Positions 1 through 11,994 of a DNA stretch of 41,949 bases are shown here, piece after piece. Every line of letters starts with the position of its first letter. Positions within the stretch are counted from its first letter, which is position 1. The notes beneath the pieces were generated by a model. It was not told the origin of the DNA. It ran no database searches and was given only the letters and a program-made list of their open reading frames with translations. The stretch is from Catajapyx aquilonaris (Eukaryota), in the NCBI GenBank assembly GCA_000934665.2, contig KZ538889.1, positions 1 through 41,949 of the forward strand, given 5' to 3'. Both the position numbers and the translations under genes were made by a program.

Positions 1-758
1 ACGCGCCAGAGGGAAACTAATCTCAACACTTCCCTGGTCCATCAGAGGTGCAGTCACGGCAAAGGACTTGTCACATGCTCTCAGTTATTAGCTCTTGACT
101 TTACTAAAACCAATACATTTTGCGCCCCATATATCATCAGCATATTGAAGAAATCCACAAAGTCCTGTTTATCTGCTGTTGAGTTATTTATACCGCTAAG
201 GGCCGGTTGCATGAACATGATTTAATGTTAACTACTGAATGAGAGCTAACCATGTAAGCCTAACTCATACAACTTGCCCTAAGTATCACTTTTAATGCTA
301 CATCATCGGGTAAAGGCCATATAGTCCTGAAGATTCATAATAAGGAACCATCAAGCCAGGATTTTCTATATTCGCTAGCATATAAACCGGTGCAAGGTCA
401 AATCTTTGCTTTGGATGATCCAAGAAGTGTGGATTTCTTTTGTATGCCGAAAATATGTTGTGGCAATAAGCGAGTAAAAAAATAATATTGGAAAGTTACT
501 ATCAGTGGCACAAAGTCTGAGTCTAGAATGCGTGATCATGGGAGAAGCATGAAGGCACAAAATAATGCTGTGCCTACTCACAGTGGATGGGTGCTGTTTT
601 TGTCAAGATATTTCTCTGCTTACACCTACTGTGCATTTGAGAGGCATTTGCCCTTGGCCTTGGTGTCACATACCTGAAATCATGTGGCAAAACATTGCCT
701 CCCAATGATTTTCTGTGCTAGCTTTTTTGCTTAACTCCGCTTTTTATTGTATTGTTAG

Positions 759-883
759 GGGCCGGTTTCACCGAGCTCAGTATATGATAAAACCAGGGTA
801 TTTCTCAAAATCCCTATCTATTTGTATGGATTTTCCTAAAGAAACCTGGTTTTATCATATACCAAGCTCGGTGAAACCGGCCC
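759..883. mobile_element. 125-bp hairpin MITE, PIF/Harbinger-like termini
   Basis: Arms of about 40 bp: GGGCCGGTTTCACCGAGCT..TATATGATAAAACCAGG and CCTGGTTTTATCATATA..AGCTCGGTGAAACCGGCCC. Flanks TAG / TAA. Family is inferred from the GGGCC termini only. Confidence 0.75.
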
Positions 884-1877
884 TAAGATAAGGAGGGAGA
901 CAAGGTTCATCTGCCCTATGGAAGTGAGAACCTGTTCATTTTTTTGTTCATAACTTTTGTAACTATGTTCTGTCTTTTACAAGCACCAAAGTTATTGGCA
1001 TTGTGTATGAAGTGTGAATAAGCTCATAAGCCAGTGAATTGCACAAATATGTGACGTTTAATGCACCTTCTGTTTTCCTTCGGATCTGTGATCTTCAACA
1101 CCCCAACCACCTTGCAACGAAAGACTGCCTTTCTCGGCTGTCTTGCTTTGCACAAGTTCCGAGTCTGCCCTGCCACCTATTGGATGACACTGCTTTGACA
1201 CTACACCAATATGGCAGCCCCCACCTCATCAGATGAAGCAGTGAAAGAAAAAGAACTCTATGTGTTCTTATTTGACCTCAGTTTTTTCCGGGGTACAAAA
1301 AAGTGGGTACAAAATCTTGCCACGTAATGCGTAATGGTAATACGTGGTAGGCATTTGAGGAGGCATGATCCTTCCAAAATATGTATTGTTGCTAAATTAC
1401 TTGCAATAACAGCTTTGCCAGCGTTTAGACTTGAGAGTAAAGTAGGGAAAAGGTTTCACCAACTTTTAAGAATGGAATCACCTTTAATACAAACTTGGTA
1501 TGAATAATACTGCATTCATACTGCTGTTTAATTTACACACAGTGCTACAAATTACTGTCAGTTTGTAGGTGCCACTTTGCCTTTTATTTTCCCTCGTGCC
1601 ACTTTCTGGAATTTTTATGTTACTTTATGAATAGCTGCATTTATTTGACCTGTGTTGTACCTGGAGCACATCTTTTCAAGTAACCAAATGTGCATTTTCA
1701 GTATTGATTCATATGAGCCATCAACAACCAGATGTGAAATTAATATGCTACTAGTATTTGCCTCATTGCATTTTTAAAGGGACTAAATCAAGCATTCTGA
1801 TCTAGGTAGTTTCTGGCTCAGGTGAATCATTGGTTAACGTAAACAAAGAGTGATCTTTATCTCTGAAAATCTTCAAG

Positions 1878-2381
1878 GCGGAAGAGAAGAATCCACCAGG
1901 CCCTCCAGCTGTGGACGATAAGCGAGCCCCTGGAGGTAAATATGTAGTCCCGAGCCTTCGTGACGGGGGCAATCGCAGGGGCGAGAGCATGCAGCTGGGT
2001 CGCAGGGGTGACGAGACTGCAGCCATTCGCGTCTCAAACCTGTCTGAGAACACACAGGAGAAGGATTTGGAGGAGTTGTTCAAGCCTTTTGGTCGCATCG
2101 CCCGCATCTATCTGGCAAAGGACAAGGTCACCAGTCTCTGCAAAGGGTTTGCCTTCATCAACTTTTTTAACAGAGAAGATGCAGCTAAAGCTATTGCCAC
2201 ACTCAATGGATTTGGATACGATCATCTCATCTTGAGCGTTGAATGGTCCAAGTATGTACAGCTGATACATGATGACTTGTGAATCCTTTTGGAAGCATAT
2301 GAATCATTTCAATCAACATATTTTAATTATTTGTGTCACTAATTCTGATATTTCCTCTGCAGGCCCTCTGGAGCACAGTAA
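1878..2381 (+). CDS. eIF3g: eIF3g copy A, last two coding exons (1878-2251, 2363-2381); 5' exons not found in window
   Basis: Translates [54 protein letters not shown], the eIF3g C-terminal RRM. Acceptor AG 1876-77, donor GT 2252, acceptor CAG 2360-62, stop TAA 2379-81. Confidence 0.93.
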
Positions 2382-2410
2382 TGCAACAAATTTGGTGTAT
2401 TTCAACTGGT

Positions 2411-2416
2411 AATAAA
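2411..2416 (+). terminator. polyadenylation signal of eIF3g copy A
   Basis: AATAAA about 30 nt after the stop codon. Confidence 0.6.
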
Positions 2417-3289
2417 AATATTTCCAGCCCCCTCAACCGATGCAGCATTTTGTGACACAATCCTCCACCCTACTTACCAACAGTTGAGTCACAAGGGAAG
2501 TAATCCAGGAAGAATGTCTGCAATTAATGGCAGCCGAGATGACAGCCGAGTCATTCCAAGCCAAGTATTAAAGCAGTAGAGGTTTGCTCGACCCCCCCTG
2601 GCTGTCACCATACTTTTTAGCAGCCGAAAATGTTGTGTTAGCGTTGTTGCATTAGGGATACTGCAATAATTGACCAACATGCATGTAATCCTCCCATCAA
2701 CCCTGTTTGATTCATCACTCATGGGACTCTGTGTTACTATAAGTAGCTCCAATAGGTAATGCACATTATCCTGTGGAGACCTAGTGGGAGGATCCAATGT
2801 AGATTATATTGTGGCCCACTTCGACGAGTTGAGTGGAACATCACTGCAAGTTGAAAGGTTGAATAATTAGTAATTAATGTTTCATATGTGACTAGATAAT
2901 AAATATAATAGGTAAAGATAATAACTAGAGAGCCACCACCATTGCGATTGCCGATTGCCTGATTAGGATTAGTAGCGATTAGTTGTAAGGGAGCCAACAT
3001 TGCTCGCATTCAACTTGGATATTATTTTCAGCACAGTGCAGTGAAGTGTTTCTGTAATTAGTCTAATGGAACATCAGCGAACTTTTTTTTATCTTTGATC
3101 CACTGAATTTTTTACTTTCGCAACTGAAACCGGTTCAGTAAGTAACAAAATGATTAAATTGTAGGTTTGTTGCAAATTTTCAAACGTGGCGCTGTAAACA
3201 GTAGTTCATCAATTGTACGCCAGATGTCGTGCACTTTGGCATTTGGAACGTAATTAATCATTTTTATACAATTTATAAATTCCATATTA

Positions 3290-3495
3290 GTCATTAAAAT
3301 TTCTGAATCGATAAAATATTAGTTGATTAAATATATTATATCTGGCAACCTTGCCCGTGGTGCTGTCGTCATATCCTGATCGGCAAAGCGAGAAGAAGAG
3401 AGGAAAAGTCGTCGTCGTCGAGTGGTCTCTGTTGATCACTCCGGAGAGAGCGAGAGGCACAGCAGCCCTCCTTGGACCAAGAAGAAGAGGAAGAT
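3290..3495 (+). promoter_or_regulatory. putative promoter and 5' UTR of eIF3g copy B
   Basis: AT-rich to GC/CpG-rich transition just upstream of ATG 3496. DRE-like AATCGATA at 3306-3313 and TGGCAAC at 3343-3349. Confidence 0.45.
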
Positions 3496-6400
3496 ATGCC
3501 CGTGCCGGATCCGGAGTAAGAGCCGTTTCCATTGTTGGTTGGAAAAGCGGGGTGGAAGGGGAGGGGCAGGGGAAAGAGAAGGTGAGGGAGCTAGGCCTAG
3601 CCATATGGTGAGAGCCTGGTGGTCAAAATGATGGTTTGCAGCCATCGTCAGTGGTCAGGATTAATGTGGGCTGGTTTGTTCGAGTGTTGCGCACTCTCTG
3701 TTGGGATCGCAGCGCACAATGTAGTGCCACCCTGTCATGTACGTGTCGTGTAATGGCCTGTCTTTCCTTTTCCAGGCCAAAAATGTCAACTTGGGCAGAT
3801 GAAGTCGAAGAAGGTAGGCTCGTTCCATGCAGACGACCCTCCCCCCGAGTGAAAGTATCTCTTATTGATGGAGTGCGAGTCATGCGATCAAATCAGTCGA
3901 CCAGTCGAGATGACAAGATTGGCAAAGCGCGCGAGCGTGATTCAAGTAGACTTTTTCGCATTCAGACATGGGAAGTGAGGCTGACAACTTTGTTGAATAC
4001 GATACGCCGTAATGCAATTATTCTAACTGGACAACAATGACATAGAATGATGTCAGACTCACTTCCCTGTTGTCAAGAAACCCAATCAAATTACGTTAGA
4101 CAGTGTGGACTTGACCTTTTGGCAGATAGTGAACCCAGAAAAACGTGGCTAGTAACCGGAAGCTGACCATGACACCTATTTAGGATCCGCTGAATCCAAA
4201 TTATCCGAAAACAATTCATCATTATCTCCTGTAGGCTCTCTTTAGGCCCTGATACTTGGGACATAGCCTTCTAAAGACTTTCTTTTCGATGAGAAGAAGT
4301 TAAAATTTGCAGAAAATTTTTCCGCCTTCATTTCGTTGGTTATTTGCAATGCGAAGGTTCATAAGTGGAGCAGTAATGGTGAAATTGCTTCAAGATGGAG
4401 AAAGGTTCATTCCCTTGTTGCAACTGGGTAGATTGTCTGTTACGATAGCTTGACTTGCATTCTGTCAAGAATTGAACTAGACCAATATTATTAGGAAAGG
4501 ATTTAGAAGAATGATGAAAAGGGATAAAAATATGCTGTGGATGAAATAAGTGTGCAGTCAGAGAGTGCAGATAATTACAGTGACATCGTTACTTATTGTG
4601 TGACATGTCATTAAATTTGAATATCTTAAACCCATAATTTAAAGTGCGGAGAGTGGGATGGTGCTTGGGACTCGGCATTTGAAGTCGGAAATTAGAATTA
4701 GAGACTTTCAACCATGAACGTACCGTATATTTATATTAGTCCTGCCGAGTCGTATGTGTGTGCAAGATTATATGGCCTAGAATTCGTTATATTACAATAG
4801 CTGATGGTGCGAAAGTGTGGCAAGGTTGCAGAAGGTAATGCTGACCTGACTTCCACAGCATTTTTTTTTTCCACAAGATGCAAAAGAAATACCAAATTAA
4901 ACTTTGATTACTAAACTGAGCAGATTCGCAACCTGGTACAAGTTGCAGGTAGCAGTGTTAATATTTAGGCCTCTTATGCCCTATGAGTGAGATTGTTAGC
5001 ATAGGAATTTAACTAGTATTGGTTAACATAATTACTGTGATAACACAATTGCCGTTATGAGCTTAGTGATAAGAAAATGCACAATCTTGGATGTTATATT
5101 TGGCGAATGGCAGGGCTGTAACAGCAGCCTGCCTTCTGAAAAGTCCTTCCCATTGCACCCCAGGCAGAGTCCCGTGTCCATCATCCTGAAACCACCAGGA
5201 GCACTGCATTGCCTCCGCCAACGGAGGAGCTCAAGGGGGACACCAAGATCACCACTGAATACAAACGAAATGAGGATGGAAAGAAAGTCAAGATTGTGCG
5301 CCACTACAAGATTGAGAAGCGGGTTGTTTCCAAGTCCATTGCAGATCGGAAGACCTTGAAGAAGTTTGGCCAGTCCAGAGGGGATAAGCCTGGGCCAAAT
5401 CCTGCCACCACTGTGGTTTCAGAGGATGTTTTTATGCAGGTATGGTAGACAGTACCTTTTATGCATTGTTTCAGTTACTGAAACAATGCCAATATTTTTG
5501 TATTGGTTACGGCCACATCTGCCACATGCTATATTTTTTCATTAAAATTTAGAATGTGCTTATTCCAGATATACAAATTTTCTGCAAAACTTGTAATAAA
5601 TAATGAAAAGATAACATCGCCCCTTGCGTTACACCCAAAGGGTTAACCACTCCCCCCAAAAAAGTGTATGCCGGTTCCAGGCAGGTTCCACAGGGACCCT
5701 GTACACCGGTTCCACGAAGTTGTTACCCTCTTGGTTACACCCTAATGATGCAGACAACAGATCGCCTGACTCAGTACCATTTTTTGTGCTGCCAGGTGGG
5801 CTGGTTTGGCAAGCCAATCGCAGTGGGATCGCGAGGGTAATCCCCGCAGATGTGATATTTTCTTTGGGCTAAGCGCTAAGGCTTTTCAGTTCACTTATTC
5901 ACCATGACCAGGCAGTGGCCGTAACATGTACACAACCACCCTTCCTTTTTGCAAACGTAATGGACCTGAGAGGGACAAGTTCCATAGGCCGATACCGATG
6001 ACATGCATTGTTTCAGTTCTTGAGCGGCAAGGAAGAGCCGGATAAGCTGGACAAGGACCCCCTGGATCAGCTGAAGGCGCAGAAGAGCATGGTGAAGTGT
6101 CGTTACTGCAAAGACGACCACTGGACTTCCCAGTGCCCCTACAAGGACTCCCTGGTGCCGCTTCAAGAGGCCATGGGCAAGGTATTGGATGCAAAACGGG
6201 ACTTTTCATTCCACCCACTCAGTCCGACAGCTTCTTCGTAATTTTGTATGTGCAATGGGGGCTATTTTGCGCCTGTTGAGGTGTCAATAGCAGTGCCTGA
6301 GACATTTCGGGTTCAATAATTTATATCTGCCCTGTATTCAGCCACAGTTTTGTCCTGTGTTGTTTTTGCATGGCTTGTTTCAAATAAGCAGCAATTAAGG

Positions 6401-7193
6401 CCATTTTAACAGTACCATAGTTTATTTCATCATGCAACACATTTCACTGTGTCACGTGTTTTCGTTCACTCTTCTCGATCTGTCAGAAGCAAGGTCAGAA
6501 GCTATCATAAGGTGTAGTTATTTTTCTCTTTTCCTGGTGTCAAAAGAATTAATCTTGTAGATATAGTTATTATAGCACACACATGTTCAATGAGGTCGTC
6601 TCAGTGATATTTGAGACATGAGTTTTACATAATTTGTGGCTTTAGTTTTAAACAAATGCTGCTCCATGGTTTATAGTTAATTCTATTGCAGGACACTTAC
6701 TGGTCATATTTAGTAATATTTTTCTTCTTTTGCAAGGCTGAAGAAAAGAAACCCGCTGGTCCACCTGCTGTGGAGGATAAGCGAGCCCCAGGTGGAAAGT
6801 ATGTGCCACCAAGCATGCGGGATGGAGGCAATCGACGAGGTGAGAGCATGCAGCTGAGCCGCAGGGGTGATGAGACTGCGGCCATCCGAGTCTCAAATCT
6901 GTCGGAGAACACACAAGAGAAGGATCTGGAGGAGTTGTTCAAGCCATTTGGTCGCATCGCCCGCATATTTTTGGCAAAGGACAAGGCAACTAGCTTGTGC
7001 AAGGGCTTTGCTTTCATCAACTTCTCCAGAAAAGAAGACGCAGCAAAGGCAATTGCAACTCTGGATGGTTTTGGATATGACCATCTTATATTGAGCGTTG
7101 AATGGTCCAAGTGAGTACATGCGGAAGTCTACCGTCCATTCTGACACTGACACAATTTTTACTGTTTGCAGGCCCAGTGGTACGCAGCCATAA
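3496..7193 (+). CDS. eIF3g: eIF3g copy B, complete: join(3496-3515,3776-3813,5168-5439,6017-6181,6737-7110,7172-7193), 891 nt, 296 aa
   Basis: Spliced protein [73 protein letters not shown] (CCHC knuckle)..RRM..EWSKPSGTQP*. All introns are GT-AG with compatible phases. The exon 3 acceptor is the least certain junction. Confidence 0.92.
3776..3813 (+). CDS. eIF3g: eIF3g copy B exon 2 ([12 protein letters not shown])
   Basis: ttttccAG acceptor and G|GTAGG donor; WADEVE is the eIF3g N-terminal motif. Confidence 0.9.
5168..5439 (+). CDS. eIF3g: eIF3g copy B exon 3
   Basis: ORF 5209-5448 frame; donor CAG|GTATGG at 5440. Confidence 0.88.
5636..5733. mobile_element. 98-bp hAT-like mini-element in copy B intron 3
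   Basis: 8-bp direct repeat GTTACACC at 5628-5635 and 5734-5741. Imperfect TIRs CAAAGGGTTAAC / GTTACCCTCTTG, internal GGTTCCA x3. Absent from the paralogous intron of copy C (~8100). Confidence 0.65.
6017..6181 (+). CDS. eIF3g: eIF3g copy B exon 4 (zinc knuckle)
   Basis: tttcAG acceptor, 55 codons including [23 protein letters not shown] donor. Confidence 0.92.
6737..7110 (+). CDS. eIF3g: eIF3g copy B exon 5 (RRM)
   Basis: ORF 6686-7114; RNP2 IRVSNL and RNP1 [16 protein letters not shown] donor. Confidence 0.95.
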
Positions 7194-7211
7194 CTTCTGA
7201 GCAGAACTTGG

Positions 7212-7217
7212 AATAAA
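7212..7217 (+). terminator. polyadenylation signal of eIF3g copy B
   Basis: AATAAA 18 nt after the stop; an ATTAAA also lies near 7242. Confidence 0.55.
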
Positions 7218-8636
7218 ATTATGTGTTCTATTGTAACTGGTATTAAAATGTTCTACCCTAATTTTGGTGCCCTTCAGTTAAATTATTTAAATCCAAAAGT
7301 AGTTCGTGACAAATCCTTATATGAATGTCCAGTATTTGGTGGTGCACTAGAGCAGTTTTTACAAACAGCATGTGTTTTAGGTACAGTTTCCTGCCAATTT
7401 AGGAGTGACTTTTAAACCCCCGATAATAATTTATTAAGTAATAACATTTTGGTGCCGAAAAGTGGTGGAATGCATGTTTATATATGTATGGTTGAGCTCT
7501 TCATGTACAAATTACCCAAATCCCAGGCCAAGGCTAGGACCTCATTGTCATTATGAGCTTAGTGAGAAGAAAATGCATAATCTTGGATGTTTGTATTTAG
7601 CGAATGGCAAACCTGTAACAGCAGCCTGCCTTTGAAAAGTTCATCCAATTGCACCCTAGGCAGAGTCCCGTCCTCCTCCTGAAACCACCAGGAGCACTGC
7701 ATTGCCTCCGCCAATGGAGGAGGTCAAGGGGGACATCACGATCACCACTGAATACAAACGAAATGAGGATGGAAAGAAAGTCAAGATTGTGCGCCACTAC
7801 AAGATTGAGATGCGGGTTGTTTCAAAGTCCATTGCAGATTGGAAGACCTCCAAGCAGTTTGGCCAGTCCAGAGGGGATAAGCCTGGGCCAAATCCTGCCA
7901 CCACTGGTTTCCGAGGATGTTTTTATGCAGGTATGGTGGACTGTACCTTTTATGGCCGTAACTGAAACAATGCTAATATTTTTGTACCAGTTATGGCCAC
8001 ACGCTATATTTTTCCATTAAGATTCGGAATATGCTTATTCCAGAAATATCACATGTTCTGCAAAACTTGTTATACTTAATGAAAAAGTAACATCTCCCCT
8101 TGCACCCTAATGATGCAGACGACAGATCCCCTGACTCGGTACCATTTTTTGTGCTCCCAGGTGGGCTGGTTTGGCAAGCGCAAGCCGCTGGTAGTGGGAT
8201 CACAAGGGGAATCCCCACAGATGTAATGGTGTCTTTGGGATGGGCCGGGCCCTAGGAGCTAAGGCTTTTCAGTTCACTTATTGACCATAACCAGGGCAGT
8301 AGCCATAACAGGTACTACCACCGTGCCAGCCACCCTACTAGTTTCCTTTAGGTAAACATAATGGACCTGAGAGGGGCAAGTTCCATATGCCGATACCAAT
8401 GATATGTATTGTTTCAGTTCTTGAGCAGCAAGGAAGAGCCAGATAAGCGGACAAGGATTCCCTGGATCAGCAGAAGGCGCAGAAGAGCATGGTGAAGTGT
8501 CGTTACTGCAAAGACGACCACTCGCATTCCCAGTGCCCCTACATGGACCGCCCGCTTCAAGAGTACATGTACAAGGTAGTGGACGCAAAAGACGACTTTT
8601 CGTTCCACCCACTCACACAGGCAGCTTATTCACAAT

Positions 8637-9330
8637 GGGGAAGTAGCCTTGGTCTGGGATTTGGGATTTTTGTTCATAACTAGCTAGCCCATGCCTGTAA
8701 ACATACATTCCATCACTCTGTTGCATCAAAATGACATTACTGGATAAATTACGGCACATTTAAAAGTGCCTTCAAAATTGGCGGGAAAAATGGAGCGGCC
8801 GGGTGATGCCAATCGAAAGGGTACACTGAAATGCCTGGTTGACTGCGAGATATGAGGAATTTGACTTTGAATTAACCGCGGACACGACGGAAAGCATTCG
8901 CAAGGCGGCTGTAGGCCATCGAGGTGGAGAAAGGGGGCCTTCATGTGCCGAATTCGGGTGACAGATAATTCCGACCTGGTGGCATCACTGCCACGTAAAA
9001 AGCGGCTTGAGCGGCTTAGAGTAAAAACTCGCCCGTTACCTGGCAACTAAGTAAACACTTGGACTGCTCAAATGTCCAGCCGGGTCCAGCACAGTACAAC
9101 GAATTATTTACGACCCTGCCGGGGCGCGTTCTATAACATCATTTTTGCGTTCATTTCACTTCGCGTGACGTCAACATTTTCGAGACAAACAGTGACGTCA
9201 CCATTTGCCTACGAAAAAACGCCAATATCGCCGGAACTGAAACTGATATCTTGAAACGGAACACGCCAAAAAAATCCAAAAAATTTGGGCGAATTTATTA
9301 TGTAGTTTCCAAAATGAAGGCTACTTGCCC
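8637..9330. mobile_element. 694-bp non-autonomous TIR element with AT target duplication (ISL2EU-like)
   Basis: TIRs GGGGAAGTAGCCTT / AAGGCTACTTGCCC (13 of 14 match), AT on both sides. Removing it restores the copy B sequence aattttgtatgtgcaatg (6240). Confidence 0.8.
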
Positions 9331-9521
9331 ATTTTGTATGTGCAATGAGGCTATTTTGCACCTGTTGAGGTGTGAATAGCAGTACCCGAGACACTTCAAT
9401 TATTTACATATGCCCTGTGTTCAGCCAGCCATTTTAACAGTACCTTAGTTTATATCAATATGCAACACGTTTCACTGTTGTTTGTACTTTTTGATTCACT
9501 CTTCTTGATATCCGTCAGTAG

Positions 9522-11994
9522 TAGTCCAGGTGCTAAGGGACAAATTTGACCCAAACTTTGCATTTTGTGACAAAAGTATGAAACTCGGTACACTTGTCCT
9601 TTGGACACTTCTGATCATATCTGGACTTGGAGCCACGATGACCCACCCCGGTGGTGGTCCATTTCGCAGGGTTTCCATAACTACCAGATGCAGCATCCTT
9701 TTAGGACCTTGTATTGGGTGACAAAAACATGAAACTCGCCACAATATTGGTCTTTGGACACTTCTGAACATGTCTGGATGTGGGGCCATGATGACTGACC
9801 CCGCTGTGGGTCACTTGCAGGGTTGCCAGATCTAACGGACCAAAGATACATCTCTGCGAGGATCATGTGAATTGGGAGCTTGCATTCGGTGATAAAAACG
9901 TGAAACGCGGTACGGTAGTTCTTCGAACACATCTCAACATATCTGGACGTGGGGTCACGGTGGGTGACCCCTGGTGGCCTCGCCAGGGGTCACTATCGCG
10001 TAGATGCCAAATCGAACATGTGATGCACACCTTTACATGAAAAAGGGCCTTGCATTCGGTGATAAAACACTGATAAAACATGAAACTCGCCCCAATTGGT
10101 CTTCGGACACTACTGAACATGTCTGTAAGTGAGGCCGCCATGGATGACCCCGCTGGGGGTCACTCGCAGGGTTGCCAGATCTAATGGGCTCTCTAAGTAA
10201 ACTATGTGAATAGGGAGCTTGCATTCGGTGACAAAGACGTGAAACTCGGTACAATATAGTTTTTTGCACACTTCCGAACATATCTGGACGTGGGGACACG
10301 ATGATCCACCCTGGTGGAGGGCACTATCATGGTGTTGCCAAATCTAACAGACTGTGCAACATGCGTTTATATTTTGATAGGGAGCTTGCATTTGGTGACA
10401 AAGACGTGAAACTTGGTAGAATTGTTCTTTGGACACGTCCGAACATATCTGGACTTAGAGCCACGATGACCCACCCCGAGGGAGGGCACTATCGCAGGGT
10501 TGCCATATCTAACAGAATGTGCAACACGCGTTTATATTTTGATAGGGAGCTTGCATTCGGTGACAAAGCCATAATACTTGGTACGCTAGTTCTTTGGACA
10601 CTTCCGAACATATCTGGACGTGGGGCCACGATGACCCACCCCGAGGGAGGGCACTATCGCAGGGTTGCCATATCTAACAGAATGCGCAACATGTGTTTAT
10701 ATTTAAATAATGAGCGTGCATTCGGTGGATCATCGCGGCTCCACATCCAGATATGTTCGGAAGTGTCCAAAGAACTAACGTACCAAGTTTTATGGCTTTG
10801 TCACCGAATGCAAGCTCCCTATTCATATGGAGTATTCCTAGGTTGCCCCGACTATATACGGCAACGCCGCAATAGTGCCCTCCCTCGGGGTGGGTCATCG
10901 TGGCCCCACGTCCAGGTATGTTCGGAAGTGTGCAAAGAACTAACGTACCAAGTATTATGGCTTTGTCACCGAATGCAAGCTCCCTATCAAAATATAAACG
11001 CGTGTTGCACATTCTGTTAGATATGGCAACCCTGCGATAGTGCCCTCCCTCGGGGTGGGTCATCGTGGCTCTAAGTCCAGATATGTTCGGACGTGTCCAA
11101 AGAACAATTCTACCAAGTTTCACGTCTTTGTCACCAAATGCAAGCTCCCTATCAAAATATAAACGCATGTTGCACAGTCTGTTAGATTTGGCAACACCAT
11201 GATAGTGCCCTCCACCAGGGTGGATCATCGTGTCCCCACGTCTAGATATGTTCGGAAGTGTGCAAAAAAACTATTGTACCGAGTTTCACGTCTTTGTCAC
11301 CGAATGCAAGCTCCCTATTCACATAGTTTACTTAGAGAGCCCATTAGATCTGGCAACCCTGCGAGTGACCCCCAGCGGGGTCATCCATAGCGGCCTCACT
11401 TACAGACATGTTCAGTAGTGTCCGGAGACCAATTGGGGCGAGTTTCATGTTTTATCAGTGTTTTATCACCGAATGCAAGGCCCTTTTCCATGTAAAGGTG
11501 TGCAACACATGTTCGATTTGGCCACTCCGCAATAGTGACCCCTGGCGAGGCCACCAGGGGTCACCCACCGTGACCTCACGTCCAGATATGTTGAGATGTG
11601 TTCGAAGAACTACCGTACCGCGTTTCACGTTTTTATCACCGAATGCAAGCTCCCAATTCACATGATCCTCGCAGAGATGTATCTTTGGTCCGTTAGATCT
11701 GGCAGCCCTGCAAGTGACCCACAGCGGGGTCAGTCATCATGGCCCCACATCCTGACATGTTCAGAAGTGTCCAAAGACCAATTGTGGCGAGTTTCATGTT
11801 TTTGTCACCCAATACAAGGTCCTAAAAGGATGCTGCATCTGGTAGTTATGGAAACCCTGCGAAATGGACCACCACCGGGGTGGGTCATCGTGGCTCCACG
11901 TCCAGATATGATCAGAAGTGTCCAAAGGACAAGTGTACCGAGTTTCATACTTTTGTCACAAAATGCAAAGTTCAACCCCTTAGCACCCGGACTA
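9522..11994. mobile_element. 2473-bp foldback-type element; ~1.15-kb inverted arms made of ~150-170 bp tandem subunits
   Basis: Termini TAGTCCAGGTGCTAAGGG / CCCTTAGCACCCGGACTA, flanked by TAG (9519-21, 11995-97). Subunit marker GCATTCGGTGA recurs from ~9560 to 10718 and inverted from 10802 to ~11957. Absent from copy B. Confidence 0.92.

Noticed and set aside
1802..2270. Antisense and alternate-frame ORFs over eIF3g exons (also 6697-7110, 12432-12899)
   Set aside because: Shadows of the real coding frame.
2269..2348. Box C/D snoRNA (ATGATGA...CTGA) in the last intron of copy A
   Set aside because: The D box is 14 nt from the acceptor in the branch region, the terminal stem is weak, and the copy B intron has no equivalent.
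10301..11228. 239-aa and 184-aa repetitive ORFs on opposite strands
   Set aside because: By-products of 165-bp (55-codon) subunits in a palindrome; no recognisable domain, and the frame breaks in other subunits.
9522..11994. CRISPR-like array
   Set aside because: Sequence between the conserved cores is homologous from unit to unit and mirrored; eukaryotic context with no cas genes.
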